Shown one piece after another: positions 24,302 to 38,229 of a DNA stretch of 64,000 nucleotides. Position numbers and translations under genes: made by a program. The notes below the pieces were generated by a model that was not told where the DNA came from, made no database searches, and saw only the letters and a list, made by a program, of their open reading frames with translations. The stretch comes from Mobula birostris. Lineage: Eukaryota. Location: positions 71,126,008-71,190,007 of the forward strand of contig NC_092379.1 of the NCBI RefSeq assembly GCF_030028105.1, given 5' to 3'. How positions within the stretch are numbered: position 1 is the stretch's first letter; every line of letters begins with the position of its first letter.

Positions 24302-25051
24302 GTAGTCTGGCACCAGACAATCCTAAAGTGCTGTATCATAGAGTTTCAACATGTGACTAATATGAAATCCCTGGATTATGGACCTTGCTATGTTGTGCCC
24401 AATGGAGATTGTGTTGGCATGTGAAAAATATGACCTCATAAGGAATGCTACTGCTAAGATCAACGATGAGAAAGAATACAACGGTACCAACTTCTAAGTA
24501 GTGCCTTTGGTTCTCTTCCTCAAACCTCACTACCTTCATTCTCTGAGTAGACTGAGGACAAGCATTGTCAAAATGAGATCCTTACATGGTGAGAGCTGGA
24601 TTCTTTTGTTTGATTTGGTGACCCAGGTTTCATGACATTATACCTGTCATGATCAAATTATTGAAACCTTTTACCCTTCCTGTCAAGACATGACAGTATT
24701 TCAAAGATAAATTGCCTGACACCTGAATTCCACACAGACACACACACACGCGCGCGCGATCATCTGTTCCCCCCCCATATTTAACAGTGCTGGGTAATGG
24801 GACACTCACTAGGACCAGCAACTTGGAACGAGTGAGTCCTTCTTCAGCTCAATATCATACTTGGAGAGGCAGCTCCGCCAACGTGTACCAGCTAACCATG
24901 AGGTGGATGGGAATGAACTCCAATATGATATTGCAGCCTGGGGAGGAATGCTAAATAAATGTGTGTAGACAGATCAGAAGGGTTTTGAACACACTGTCCC
25001 TGATCCTTCCAACTCGGCTCCCAGATGAAGCTATGCATTGCTGGCTTGGAG

Positions 25052-25623
25052 TTAGCAGCTGGGGCTTTCTGTCCCCTGGGAAGGCAGGGCTTGGTAAGGT
25101 TGGCTTCGGTCCACCCTGGGCTTGGCCTTCCTGAGGAACAGAGGCAGGATGCTAGGAGTGAAACTGATGTCCTTGAAAGAATGCAGCAGGAAGATACCAA
25201 GGACGATAACGAGGAACCCACTAATTGTGCCCACCATGTTGTAAATGGTCATGTGGTACCACTCCTTGAACAGAATGACTGAGCAGGTCATCACAGCAGT
25301 GGTAAAAAAGACATAGTAGATAGGAGTTACGATGGAGGTGTTGAAGATGTCGAGGGCTTTGTTCAGGTAGTTGATCTGGGTGCTGATGCAGACTATCAGG
25401 AAGACCAGCAGGATCCAGGTCATTGGGGATGATAGCACACGGTGGCCCACAAATAGCTCCTTAATGGCGATGCCCAGACCCTTAACACATGAGACAGAGA
25501 GGGAGCCAATGATGGAGCAGATGAGGATGTAGACCAGGACATTCTTCTGGCCGTAGCGGGGGGTCACCAACAAGATCAGGATCAAGCAGCTGACCACAAC
25601 ACACACAGCAAAAGCAATGAAAC
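25052..25623 (-). CDS. NIPA-family magnesium transporter (NIPA2-like), last coding exon (6)
   Basis: Acceptor ttgcag|GT, phase 1; [92 protein letters not shown]. Confidence 0.95.
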
Positions 25624-26438
25624 CTGCAAGGCAGAAACAAGGCTGGATTTAGATCGGGATGCAAGGTGTGTATGTGCACAATAAACAAAAAACCTGGCAG
25701 AACCAGTCCTGCTTTAAAAACACCTCCAACTTGGCACTAACTTGAAATGTGCCAGGTTACAGGGAAAATCCAGAATAAGCCAGAAATGCTGGAAGAACTC
25801 AGCCAGTTGGGAAGCTCCTGTTGGAAATAAACCAGTTAACATTTGCATTCAGAACTATGAGAGAGTGTCAGTTTTAAAAGCAGAGATGGAGAGTAGGAAG
25901 ATGGGGGACTAAACACTAGAAGGGGCCAGGTAAAGGTGATGAGCATGAATAGGATGGCGTGAGAAAGGGACAGGGTGAGATGAGATGTTGGGCCACAGTG
26001 TGGTAGTAGAGGAAGCCAAGCACAGACTAGAGTGGGATTGGGAAATAAAATGGCACAGGGAGAATCAATGTTCACTTGTGTGGCTGGTAACCAGAGCAGC
26101 CAGCTTTGACTGGAAAATGGGTGGATTTCCTTTGCTTTTGAAACTGAGTTTGTCATCACATGGAGTGTCATTCCTGAAAGCATACTGACAGCAGAATTAA
26201 GTGATTTTTTCAATAGGGAACTGGATAAATTTGTAGTTATAAAGTCTGCAGCACCAAGTAGAACCTAGAGTGAAACAGCTGCCTCACAAAGCACAGCCTG
26301 GCCAATCCCATGAAGGCCTTGACCCATCTACTGGAATCTATGATTCTGCCATAATTGATGGAGATGCATCTGTCCTGCACTGACACCTGTTGTTGTGGAA
26401 ACAAAGTATTCCACTAGATTTTACCCAATTTGTTCTAC

Positions 26439-26599
26439 CTGGATCCTTCAGCTTTTCCACCATTTCAGCCAAGGTTCCGACCTCCTCCTCCTGTGGGGCA
26501 TGGATGACCATCACCGTTGATCCCAGGATACTCAGAATGCAGCCCATCTTTCCGTGAAGGTTCAGCCGCTCATTTAAAAAGTATGAAGATAAGATAGCA
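26439..26599 (-). CDS. NIPA-like exon 5
   Basis: ctcag|T GCT..; (S)[53 protein letters not shown](G)|gtagaa; 161 nt, phases 2 and 1 match the neighbouring exons. Confidence 0.95.
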
Positions 26600-27590
26600 C
26601 TGAGGGAGAGTGGTGAGATTGTGTTAGGAATTCCAAAGACTGGATAGGAAACAGTAATAGAATTTACAAATTCCTGATCATTCTTTTTCTCTAGAGTTTC
26701 TTTAGAGTTTGTATCTGCTGCTACTTGCCTTGCCTTGAAGAGCAATATTTTAAAAGAAAAGCCTGGCCCCATTGATAGTTTTTGCTGTATCCATGCTCGA
26801 CTCCCAGACTCTCAAACAGGTTTTATTTATCATTTACCACACAAAATGCACAATCAAACTAACTGTACCTGACCCCATGGGGTAATGTGAAACGTCTTAA
26901 AACCCATGTCTAAAAGTAATCTATTTAAATTAATCTAAAAATCTGAATGAAAAAAGTTGAGAATACTCAACAGGACAAGATGGATGGAAGGTCCTTGCCT
27001 CCGCTTCTGTCTCCGTTCATGCTGCCTGATGCACCAAGCAATGCCATCCTCTTTCTCTTTAAGATGGAATATTATAAGACAGTGATAAAATGGGAAGTGA
27101 GAAAGACTCCGATGCTAGCAGTGTTGCAATGGGAGATGATGATGGGGGAAGGAAATGCTAAGGGCTGCACTGATGAAAGGATAGTGGGGTGTGAATACTG
27201 GGTCGCACCTGCTCTTTCAGATTCAATTGGGAATGGGGTCAGGCTTCAGTGGGCTGCAGTATTGTCTCCACTCTACCCCAGCTCAAGGTGACACCAACAT
27301 TGAAGTGACTGAATAGCTTCACTGCTGAACAACTCTTGCAGATCTCCTTGCTCAGCAAGAACCTGCTTATAGACTGTTTCTCCCACTCCCATTAGTGAAG
27401 AGGCCACACAGCATCTGCGCCAGGATCACAACAGTCAAAACCAGTTACTTTCCCCGAACTGAAAGGCTGCTCAACCCCTCCATCCATTCTCCCACCCCAC
27501 CACCCCCTTCCATTACATCTACATCATCCTCTCCTCTCCACAGCCCGTCCTTCATACCCCCACACACTGCCACTTGTACATTGTATTTTA

Positions 27591-28945
27591 TAGGATGACC
27601 TTTGATTCTGGCATGGTTCCAGATTGGAAAATTGCAAATGTCACTAAACTCTAAAAGAAGGGCAGAAGAAAGGAAATTATAGGCTAGTTAGCCTGACCTC
27701 AGTGGTTGGGAAGATGTCGGGAGTCGATTATTCAGGATGTGATTTCAGGGTACTTGGAGGCACATGATAAGATAGACCAACGTCAGCATGCTTTCCTCAA
27801 GAGAAAATCTTCCCTGACAAACCTGTTGGAATTCTTTGAGAAAATAACAAGCAGGATAGACGAAGGAGAATCAGTGGATATTGTATACTTGGATTTTCAG
27901 AAGGCCTTTGACAAGGTGCTGCACATGAGGCTGTTTGACAAGAGCTCATGCTATTACAGGAAAGATATTAGCGCGGGTAGAGCATTGGCTGACTGCCAAG
28001 AGACAGAGTGGGAATAAATGGAGCCCTTTCTGATTGACTACTGGTGACTAGAGGTGTTCTGCAGGAGTTGGTGTTGGGACCTTTTCATTTTACGTTGCAT
28101 GCCAATGATTTGGATGATGAATTGATGGCTTTGTGGCCAAGTCTGAGGACGATACAGAGATGGGGGAACAGCAGGTACTGTTGAGGAAGCAGGGAGACTG
28201 CAGGTGGACAAATTAGGAAAATGGCAAAGAAGTGGCAGGTGGAATACAGTATTGGGAAGTATTGGGTGTCATGAACTTTGGTAGAAGGAATAAAAGCATA
28301 GACTATTTTCTGAACAGGGCAAAAATTAAAAAATCTGAAGTGAAAATGGACTTGGGAGTCCCTGTGCATGATTCCCTAAAAGTTAACTTGCAGGTTGAGT
28401 CAATGGCAAGGAAGACAGATGCAATGTTAGCATTCATTTTGATAGGACTATATAAAATCTGTATTTTTAAGGCATTGGTGAGGCCTTGGAGTATTGTGAA
28501 CAGTTCTGGGCCTCCTATTTAGTAAGTAGGATTCTCCTATTGAGAACTATTTCAGGCATGAAAGGCTAATCATACGAGTAGCAATTGATGGCTCTGGACC
28601 TTTACTTGCTGCAATTTAGAATGAAGCTGGGATCTCATTGAAACCTATTGAATATTGAAAGGCTTAGATAGAATGGATTTGGAGATGACGTTTCCTCTAG
28701 TGGGGGAGTCCAGGAACAGCGTCAGAATAGAGGGTCTTTCATTTAGAACAGTGACGAGGAGGAATTTCTTTAGCCAGAGGGTGGCGACTCTGTGGGATTC
28801 AATATCAGAGGTTGTTATGGAAACCAGGTCATTGGGTCTATTTAAGGCAGAGGTTGATTAGAGAGTGAAAGGTTACGGGGATAAAGCAAGAGAATGGGGT
28901 TGAAAGGGAAATGGATGAATCCATGGTGAAAGATTGGAAGGAAGA
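27591..28945 (+). mobile_element. CR1/HER1 LINE fragment (RT to 3' end)
   Basis: LTNLLEFFEKIT..YLDFQKAFDKV; RRNFFSQRV. Confidence 0.9.
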
Positions 28946-28949
28946 AGCT

Positions 28950-29760
28950 CAGGCTGAAAAAAATAAAATCATATCCTTGCCTGTAAAGACTTTGCAAAGT
29001 GTTGCTTAGAAGATACTGTAAAGATGTGGGAAAATGCACAGTTGTGGTCTTGTGGTCAGATGAGCAAAGAGGAACTTTTTGGCCTGAATACTAAACATTA
29101 CAAGGGTTGTAAATCTAATACTGTGCATCAGCCAGGTAACACCATCCCTATTGTAAAATATGGTGGAGTAGTATGCTACGGGGATGCTTTTCAGCAGGAG
29201 GGGCTGGAAATCTGGTCGGGATTGATGGGAGGATGAATGCTGCTAAACACAGAGATTCTGGATAAAAACCTGCTTGCCTCTGCCAGAAAGCTTAAACTGG
29301 GGAGGAAGTTTGTCTTTCAGCAGGACAACAACCCAAAGCACACTGCCAGAGGAACCATGCTGTGGCTTCAAATGAAGAAAATTGATGTCCTTGAGTGGCC
29401 CAGTCAGATCCTGATCTTAACCCAACTGAACACCTCTAATAATACCTCAAGATTGCTATCCACTGCAGTCTTGCTCCTTCATGTTGTGGAAAGCTAATAG
29501 AGGCTTATCCAAAAAGACTACTGGATGTAATAGCTGAGGGAGGTGCTGAGCAAAGAAGGGTGAATACTTTTGAACTGCTGACATTTCAGTTTTTGAATCT
29601 TTAGCTTTTCTTATTTTACAATTTTCCCTGTTTTTTGGACTCTACTGTGAAACAAGGAGCATGTGATTCACATGTAAAATTCTCAGTTAAATTGATCAAA
29701 ATCCTTGCTTGTAATACTGGTTTAAGTGAACAAAGGTTGGGGGCTGAATACTTTTACCGT
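28950..29760 (+). mobile_element. Tc1/mariner DNA transposon remnant (3' half)
   Basis: [30 protein letters not shown] (Tc1 DDE motifs). Repeated gg.tgaatactttt at about 29558 and 29742 resembles the direct repeats of an IR/DR terminal repeat. Confidence 0.85.
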
Positions 29761-31019
29761 ATATACCAAATTTCCCAAAAGCTGTCCCACTGTTTGTTAA
29801 TCCTGTTGGAGAACTGTGCACTGTATTCTGTCTCTGAGATAAGGCTGTATTTCTCATAATCCTTTTACAGAAATATTCAATATTCCCATAATATTATAAA
29901 TGTTTCTTTATGGAAAAATGCAAAGTGAACTTTGAACCATACCATGAAAATGATGGGATGTGTAGAAAGATTTCTACACATTTCTAACATATGCTAACCT
30001 GACCTTGGGTCATACATCACAGAAACAAATTCTCCGGTCCACCATGTACATGTTTGTTCTCAACTACATTATCCCATTTATCCACATTAGGCCCATATTC
30101 TATGCCTTGACAATTCCAGTGTCTAAACACCTCATAAACACAGTGACTGTAACTTCTTCCACCACATTCTTATGGAAGCAAGTTCAAGATATAAACCATT
30201 GTGTGAGGAAGTTTCCCCTCTAAAACCCTGCCCATCCTCCTATAGTGTGGGCTGCCAGAAATGCACACAATACTCCCAAGTGTAGTGTTATTTGCAACAA
30301 AATGTTCCAATGTTTATATTTCTGTCACCTGACCCATGAAAGCAAGTATTCCAGGTACCTTCTTCACCACTCTATCCAGCTGTGTTGCCATTTTCCAGAA
30401 CCCTTGGGTGTGAACCGTTTGGTCTCTGTTCATCTACCTCCATTAGTGCCCTACAATTTATAGGTCTTACCTCTATTTAACTTTTCAAGGTGCACAACTT
30501 TGTAGTTGTCGTGAGTATTGTTAATGATTTTGAGCATATGAATCTCAGTTCTTGTTGGGAATGCTGGTGTTACTTGGCCTTGTGAGTGGGGATAATCGTG
30601 ATGAGGCCATGTCTCTCCTCTGTGTATTGGTGCTGCCTGCTGTTTGGTTTGTGAGCTGGATTGAAGGGTGGAGGGTCTCACACGGTGAAACTGCCTGACT
30701 GTGATTACACCGTTCAGGTGTTTGTAAAGAGTCAGTGTATGGGGAATGGGAAACCAGAATCAAGGCATTTAGCGTCAAATTGCACAGAAACAGGCCATTC
30801 GGCCCATTCTAACCAGGGGCACCCATTCCTTTAATCCCATCTCTCAGCAATTGGCCTGTAGCCTTACCAGGTAATTCAAGTGCTCATCTAGACACCAATG
30901 CTGTCCGCATCTCTGCTTCCACCTGTCTCAGGTAATCAGTTTGCATACTCAACACTCTAGGTGCAAAGGGTCCTCTTAAGATCCCCTCTGAATTTATTCG
31001 ACCCCCCCCCCCCCACCCT

Positions 31020-32295
31020 AAATCTAAGTCCTAGGTCAACGGCAGATGCCATCTCTCTGGCCCTACATTCCTCCTTAGAACACCTGGAGAATAAAGACGC
31101 ATACGTAAGGCTCCCTTTCATTGCCTACAGCTCTGCCTTTAATACCATCATTCCAAATAACCTGATTCCTAAGCTCCGGAACCTGGGCCTTAGCAGTCAG
31201 ATCTGCAGCTGGATCTTCAACTTCCTCACAGACAGGACCCAGGCTGTAAAAATAGGGGACAAGCTCTCCTCTACAATCACTCTGAGCACCGGTGCCCCAC
31301 AAGGCTGTGTACTCAGCCCCCAGCTGTACTCACTGTACACCCGTGATTGTGTAGCCAAGTTTCCATCAAACTCAATATATAAGTTTGCTGATGACACAAC
31401 AATTGTAGGCCATTTCTCGGGTAATGATGAGTTTGAGTACAGAGAGGAAATTAAGAACCTGGTGGCATGGTGCAAAGACAATAACCTATCCCTCAACGTC
31501 AGCAAGACGAAGGAATTGGTTGTTGACTTCAGAAGGAGTAGCGAACCACACAACCCAATTTACATCAGTGGTGTGCAAGTGGAACAGGTCAAAAGCTTTA
31601 AGTTCCTCGGGGTCAACATCACAAATGACCCGACTTGGTCCAACCAAGCAGAGTTCACGGCCAAGAAGGCCCACCAGCGCCTTTACTTCCTGAGAAAACT
31701 AGAGAAATTTGGCCTGTCCCCTAAAACCCTCACTAATTTTTATAGATGCACCGTAGAAAGCATTCTTCAAGGGTGCATCACAACCTGGTATGGAAGTTGT
31801 CCTGTCCAATACTGAAAGAAGCTGCAGAAGATTGTGAAAACGGTGCAGCACATCACATAAACCAATCTTCCGTCCTTGGACTCACTTTACACCGCACGCT
31901 GTCAGAGCAGTGCTGCCAGGATAATCAAGGACACAACCCACCCAGCCAACACACTTTTCATCCCTCTTCCCTTCAGGAGAAGGCTCAGGAGCTTGAAGAC
32001 TCGTACGGCCAGCTTTGGGAACAGCTTCTTTCCAACTGTGATAAGACTGCTGAACGGATCCTGACCCAGATCGGGGCCGTACCCTCCAAATATCCGGACC
32101 TGCCTCTCAGTTTTTTTGCACTACCTTACTTTCCATTTTTCTATTTATGATTTATAATTTAAATTTTTAATATTTACTAATTCTTACTATTTTTAATATT
32201 TAATATTTGTAATCCAGGGAGTGGGAGCGCAGAATCAAATATTGCTGTGATGATTGTACGTTCTAGTATCAATTGTTTGGCGACAATTAAGTATA
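31020..32295 (+). mobile_element. Rex1/Babar LINE, 5'-truncated, relatively young
   Basis: ORF 30961..31815: [51 protein letters not shown]; continues SFGNSFFPTVIRLLN, then an AT-rich 3' UTR. Confidence 0.92.
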
Positions 32296-32489
32296 TAGTT
32301 TTACCTACCCCTGATATGGATAATACTTTTTCACATCTCCCCCATCTGTACCAGTCATAATTTCATACACTTCAATTATGTGCCCTCTCAAGTTCCTCTG
32401 CTCCAGTCTTTCCTCATCACTGAACTGCTCCAACTCAGGCAACATCCTGAAGAATGGAGCCACAACAGCCTCTTACCCAGTGTAGCAAG

Positions 32490-33196
32490 ACCAAGGAGCT
32501 GATTATCATGTCGGAGGACCTGTCCTGGGCCCAGCATGTAAGTGCAATTATGAAGAAAGCACATCAGTGCCTCTGCTTCTTTAGGAGTTTGTGAGGACTT
32601 GACATGACATCTGAAACTTAGACCAACTTCTATAGGTGTGTAGTGGAGAATATATCGACCGGTTGCATCACTTCCTGTCATGGAAACACCAAAGCCCTTG
32701 AATGGAAAATCCTACAAAAAGTAGTGGATACGGCCCAGTCTATCACAAGTAAGGGCCCCCCCACCATTGATCACATCTGCATGAAACGCTGTCACAGGAA
32801 AGCAACAGGGACCCCACCATGCAGGTCATACTGTCTTCTCACTGCTGCAATCAGGAAGGTGGTACAGGAGCCTCCGAACTCACACCACCAGGTTCAGGAA
32901 CAGTTATTGCCCCTCAACCATCAGGCTCTTGAACCAGAGATAACTTCACTTGCCCCATCACTGAACTGTTCCCACATTATATAAACTCACTTTCAAGGGC
33001 ACCATCTCATGTTCTCAATATTTATTGCTTATTTAATTAATATTTCTTCTATTTCTATTTGTAGTTTGTTGTCTTTTGAACGCTGGTTGTCTGCCCTGTT
33101 GGTGCAGTCTTTCATTAAGCCTATTATAGTTATTGGTTTTATTGAGTATGCTGACAAGAAAATGAATCTCAGGATAATAAATTTACTTAGAACTTT
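32490..33196 (+). mobile_element. Rex1/Babar 3' fragment
   Basis: VENISTGCITSCHG..LQKVVDTAQSIT; accaccaggttcaggaacagttatt; tail aataaatttacttagaactt. Confidence 0.75.
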
Positions 33197-33370
33197 CACA
33201 AAATGTTGGAGGAACTCAGCAGGCCAGGCAGCATCTATGGAAAAGAGTACAGTCAACGTTTCGGGTTGAGTCGACTGTTTACTCTTTTCCATAGATGCTG
33301 CCTGGCCTGCTGAGTTCCTTGAGCATTTTATGTGTGTTGCTTGGATTTCCAATCTGCAGATTTTCTCTTG
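33197..33370. mobile_element. Short palindromic Penelope pLTR-derived insertion with 15-bp target-site duplication
   Basis: 33197-33332 is a near-perfect inverted repeat; flanks tttacttagaacttt (33182-33196) and tttactttgaacttt (33371-33385). Confidence 0.75.
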
Positions 33371-33582
33371 TTTACTTTGAACTTTGATCATTCAAGTAAG
33401 AGGTAAGCTACACTGTATGCAGTACTCCAGCTAAGGTCCAACCAATGTTTTATAAAATTGGAGCATAATCTCCCTATTCTTCTATTGAATGGTCCAAGTA
33501 ATGAAGACCAGTATCCCATACGCTGCCTTAGCCATGTTATCCATCTGTGCTGCCAGCTTCAAAGGTCACGGGAATTGCTCAT

Positions 33583-34294
33583 CAATGTCTCTCTTTTGTT
33601 AGTAATAGGCTTAAACACCACCGTTCAAGCTGCCATTCGTACCCCTCACCTCACACTAAACTCCATCTCAGCAATGTCTCTCTTTTGTTAGTAATAGGCT
33701 TAAACACCACCGTTCAAGCTGCCATTCGTACCCCTCACCTCACACTAAACTCCATCTCAGCAATGTCTCTCTTTTGTTAGTAATAGGCTTAAACACCACC
33801 GTTCAAGCTGCCATTCGTACCCCTCACCTCACACTAAACTCCATCTCAGCAATGTCGCTCTTTTGTTAGTAATAGGCTTAAACACCACCGTTCAAGCTGC
33901 CATTCGTACCCCTCACCTCACACTAAACTCCATCTCAGCAATGTCGCTCTTTTGTTAGTAATAGGCTTAAACACCACCGTTCAAGCTGCCATTCGTACCC
34001 CTCACCTCACACTAAACTCCATCTCAGCAATGTCTCTCTTTTGTTAGTAATAGGCTTAAACACCACCGTTCAAGCTGCCATTCATACCCCTCACCTCACA
34101 CTAAACTCCATCTCAGCAATGTCCCTCTTTTGTTAGTAATAGGCTTAAACACCACCGTTCAAGCTGCCATTCGTACCCCTCACCTCACACTAAACTCCAT
34201 CTCATCAATGTCTCTCTTTTGTTAGTAATAGGCTTAAACACCACCGTTCAAGCTGCCATTCGTACCCCTCACCTCACACTAAACTCCATCTCAG
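33583..34294. repeat. Minisatellite, 89-bp unit x8
   Basis: caatgtc at 33583, 33672, 33761 ... 34206; units nearly identical. Confidence 0.97.
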
Positions 34295-34584
34295 CCGACT
34301 TCACCAACATATCAATATCACCCTGTAGCCCAGACTATCCTCCATAATGAACAATGTGTCCATAGTGATCACGTCTACATCCACATGCACTGTCTACATT
34401 ACAAACACAAAGGATCTCAGCACCGATTTGTGACACAACAGAGGTCAACGGCCTCCAAATCACAAGAACAACCTCCACCATTACCCTGTTCTCAATGGTA
34501 AAGACAATTCTAGGTCTAGTTTACCAGCTTGTTGGGAGGGTAGGAAAGAGGAGACCATGAGCTGAAGGACATTGGGTTTGCTCA

Positions 34585-34698
<114 letters not shown>

Positions 34699-35089
34699 TT
34701 AGAGAGCAAACCAGGTACTCAATGTACCCGGTGCTCAGTCATCACACAACCCACACAGACAGTGACAGGCCAGAGAGGAGTAAAGGGACCCCAGGGTGAC
34801 AGGGTGGATGGAATCTGCGGGTGGGGTGGCAGAAGAGGATCAGAGTGGAATTGGCGGATGCGGAGGGCTGGAAGAATAGAGATGTAGCGGGACCCATTTG
34901 GGGGAGAGTATTTTGTGGGGGAAAGAGGGGTGGAGTGGGCAGGAGGGTGAGTGGGGTCGGGGTGTTAGGACACTGGGATAGGTGGAGGGTAGGTGGTCAA
35001 TGGAGTTGTAAGGTAGGAGGACACTGCCCACCCTCTTCTTGACCAAGAGAACCGATGCATGGCTGCTGTCCCGGTGTGAGCTCCCGTCA

Positions 35090-35245
<156 letters not shown>

Positions 35246-35419
35246 TTAAACACGGCACTCATACAGCCAGCCCCACCTAACTCACATCACCGGCTGTACC
35301 TCTGGGCTAGGGGCTTGCAGGCACTGGGATTGGGTAGGATAGGGAAGTGCAGCCAGTCGACCTGACACCAGGAGTTCACGGCAACAGTAACTGAGCCAGC
35401 AGAAAGCAATATGCTGCAG

Positions 35420-35745
35420 CCACTACGGTTGCTGCCTCATTGCGCCAGCGAGCCAAGGTCAGTCCTGACTGTGTGGAGTTTGCACGTTCTCCCAGTGATC
35501 CTGTGGGCTCCCCCCTTCCCCCCCAGTACTCACACTAGTTTGTTCCCACATCCCAAAGATGTGTCAGTTAGTGGGCTTTCTGGCTTCTGTAAATTGTCCC
35601 AGTGTGTAGGTGCGAGGTAAAATCTGGAGGAAATTGATGGGAACATGAGGCAGATTAAAAAAATGTAGGATTGGTGTAAATGAGCTGTGATAGTCAACAC
35701 AGACTCAATGGCCAAAGGGCCAGTTTCAGTGCTGTACGACTCTGA
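35420..35745 (+). mobile_element. V-SINE-like tRNA-derived SINE
   Basis: gctgcctcattgcgccag..tgtgtggagtttgcacgttctccc..cccacatcccaaagatgtg..gtaaattgtccc; LINE-derived tail atggccaaagggcc..gtgctgtacgactct. A related copy lies at about 36880-37195. Confidence 0.65.
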
Positions 35746-36097
35746 TTCGATTATCTCCTCTCATTGGTATGTGTGAGCTCTCCTATGGAGACTGATAAGA
35801 ATTGAAACGCAGTGTCACCACACAGAACACTGTGTTGGTAGTAACTGCTCCTTCCTGTGGCCAAATGGAGAACTGTAGCAGCACTGGACACTGACAGGTG
35901 GACATCACCTCCCCGAACCTGCCAACTTGTTCTCCCGTTCTCCTATGAAGGCCCTTACCTCCCCTTTCCCATCAGAGGGGCTGACTCTCTTACCCTCACC
36001 CCTCTGCAGTTCCTGGAGCAGAGACTCGTCTCTCTCATCCCAGCATTATTCCACTTGAGACCAGGTCACACAGTCCAGCTGCAGGAAGGCCACTTAC

Positions 36098-36245
36098 CTG
36101 CTCTCACCGCTGACTTCCCGGCCAGGCGCAGGAGTCCCTTCTTCTTCAGGATGAAACTGCTCCCAATGAAGATGCTGGAGCTAATGGCAAGAGCAAGCCC
36201 CAGGTAGAAGACATAATGCCCAGTGCTGCTGTCAGTGGCTGGAAG
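36098..36245 (-). CDS. NIPA-like exon 2
   Basis: ccccacag|CTT, phase 0; [49 protein letters not shown](G)|gtaagt; no in-frame Met, so an upstream coding exon is required. Confidence 0.92.
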
Positions 36246-38229
36246 CTGTGGGGCACAGGGCTGAGTTTACCGTTAGCTACAAAAATACAGGGAGCTACCA
36301 TACAGTGAAAAACCTGCTTGCAGTATAGCCAGCAAGTAGGTTCAGACAACATATAATATCAATTAGACATGAAATTATACTATACAGTGAAATAAAATGT
36401 CATGCAAAGAAAAACAAAGACACAATTGACGTTCATGACAGTACAAGACGTGGTCCATGTTGTTCCATTGCTGAGGGAGGAGTTATGCAGGTCCGTTGAA
36501 GAATTGTCATTGTGAGGGAGGGGGAGTTGGGGGTTCTAACTGTCATTCATTCTTTGGGGCACTGTTTTTGTGGATGTCTGAAGAAGAAGAATTTCTGGAT
36601 GTATATTGTACATATTTCTCTGACATTAGATGTACCTTTTGAACCGAGTGGAAGTAGGAAGGCAGCTGCTCTTGAATCTGGTGGTGTGGTTCTTCGGGCT
36701 TCTGTAGCTCCTGCCTGACAGTAGCAGTACAGTGGGGAAGCAGGGTCAGCACTTGCTCTGTCTAACATGGGAAACAGGGATATCCCTGCACCATAGAACA
36801 ACTTATTCCCCATACTGGACCAAGGAGGTGCTGACAAACCCGATACCAAACAGCACAGTGACATCAGGCAACAGGGACAGTGCAGGTAGAGCCATGACCC
36901 AGGTTTAATCCTGACCTCGGTCGCTGTCTGTGTGGGGTTTGCACGTTCTCTCCGTGACCCCATAGGTCTACCCCACCCCTACATCCCAAAGATGCACAGG
37001 TTGATGGATTAACTGGTGCTGGAACGTGTGTCTGCTGTGTGTGTGAGTGGTAGAATCTGGTGGGGGCTGGGGGAAGGGAAGCTGCAGAGTATGCGGGCAG
37101 AAAAAACTCACAATGTGGAATTAGTGTAAATGGGAACTTGTTAGTTGTCACACTCATTGAGTCGAAGGGTCTGCATCTGTGCAGTTGACTTTACAACTCT
37201 AATGGTCACTGTTGTCTGAGAATGACATACGTGTTTCCGAGCTGAGAATATAAGTGCCATGTCGCATGACATGAGCGATCATGGTCTCATGATCACGATT
37301 GTTCTTGGCAAACTTTTCGTCAGAAGTGGTTTGCCATGACCTCCTTCTGGGCAGTGTCTTTACAAGGCAGGTGACCCCAGCCATTATCAACACTCTTCAG
37401 GGATTCTGTCTGCCTGGCGTCAGTGGTCGCGTAACCAGGACTTGTGATATGCACCGGTCGTTCATACCGCCATCCACCACCTGCTCCCATGGCTTCACGT
37501 GACCCAGATCGGGGGTGGGGGGTGGGGGGTGGTTTAAGCAGGTGCTACACCTTGCCCAAGGGTGACCGGCAGGCTAGCAGAGGAAAGGTGTGCCTCACAC
37601 CTCCTTTGGTAGAGACGTATCTCCACCCCGATACCCACCGAGCTGGGAAGGAATTAGAAATTAAATTGGTGAAGCAGAGAGGAGGGAGGACCTTGAAGAT
37701 CTGGGCAAGTGGGTTGAAAGGTTATACTCAACAGAACTGTGCTCAAAGTCCTTACATAGGGTTTAAACAGCGCTGTGAGAAATGTTCAAACCCGATTATT
37801 ACAGGTACAGCAAAATGTGGGAGACAAACATTTAGAACATAGGGTAATTTAAGGTGAGGAGGTTATATGGGAGGCAGAGTTTAAGGGTCAGCACAACACT
37901 GAGGGTCGAAGGGCCTGTACTGTGCTGTACTATTCTATGTTCTATGTAATTCAAAACAGAGAGTGGACAGAAAATGGGATTACAATTGAGGCACTTTTGA
38001 AGGGATTTTAATATTTCTAAATACACTCAATTCTGTAGGAAGTCAAGGAGTTGAAGGTAATTTTAAACAAATAACTGTCTACATGGAGAGGGATGGTACA
38101 AATGTGCTGTCCAGTACTCCATCCATTAAGTATTACTGTAGTTAGTTTAGTGCAAGTTTCTGAACAGTAATAGGGAGACTGTGAGGTATTCTTGAAGGCA
38201 ACTTACAGAGGGACACCAAAAACGGCAGA

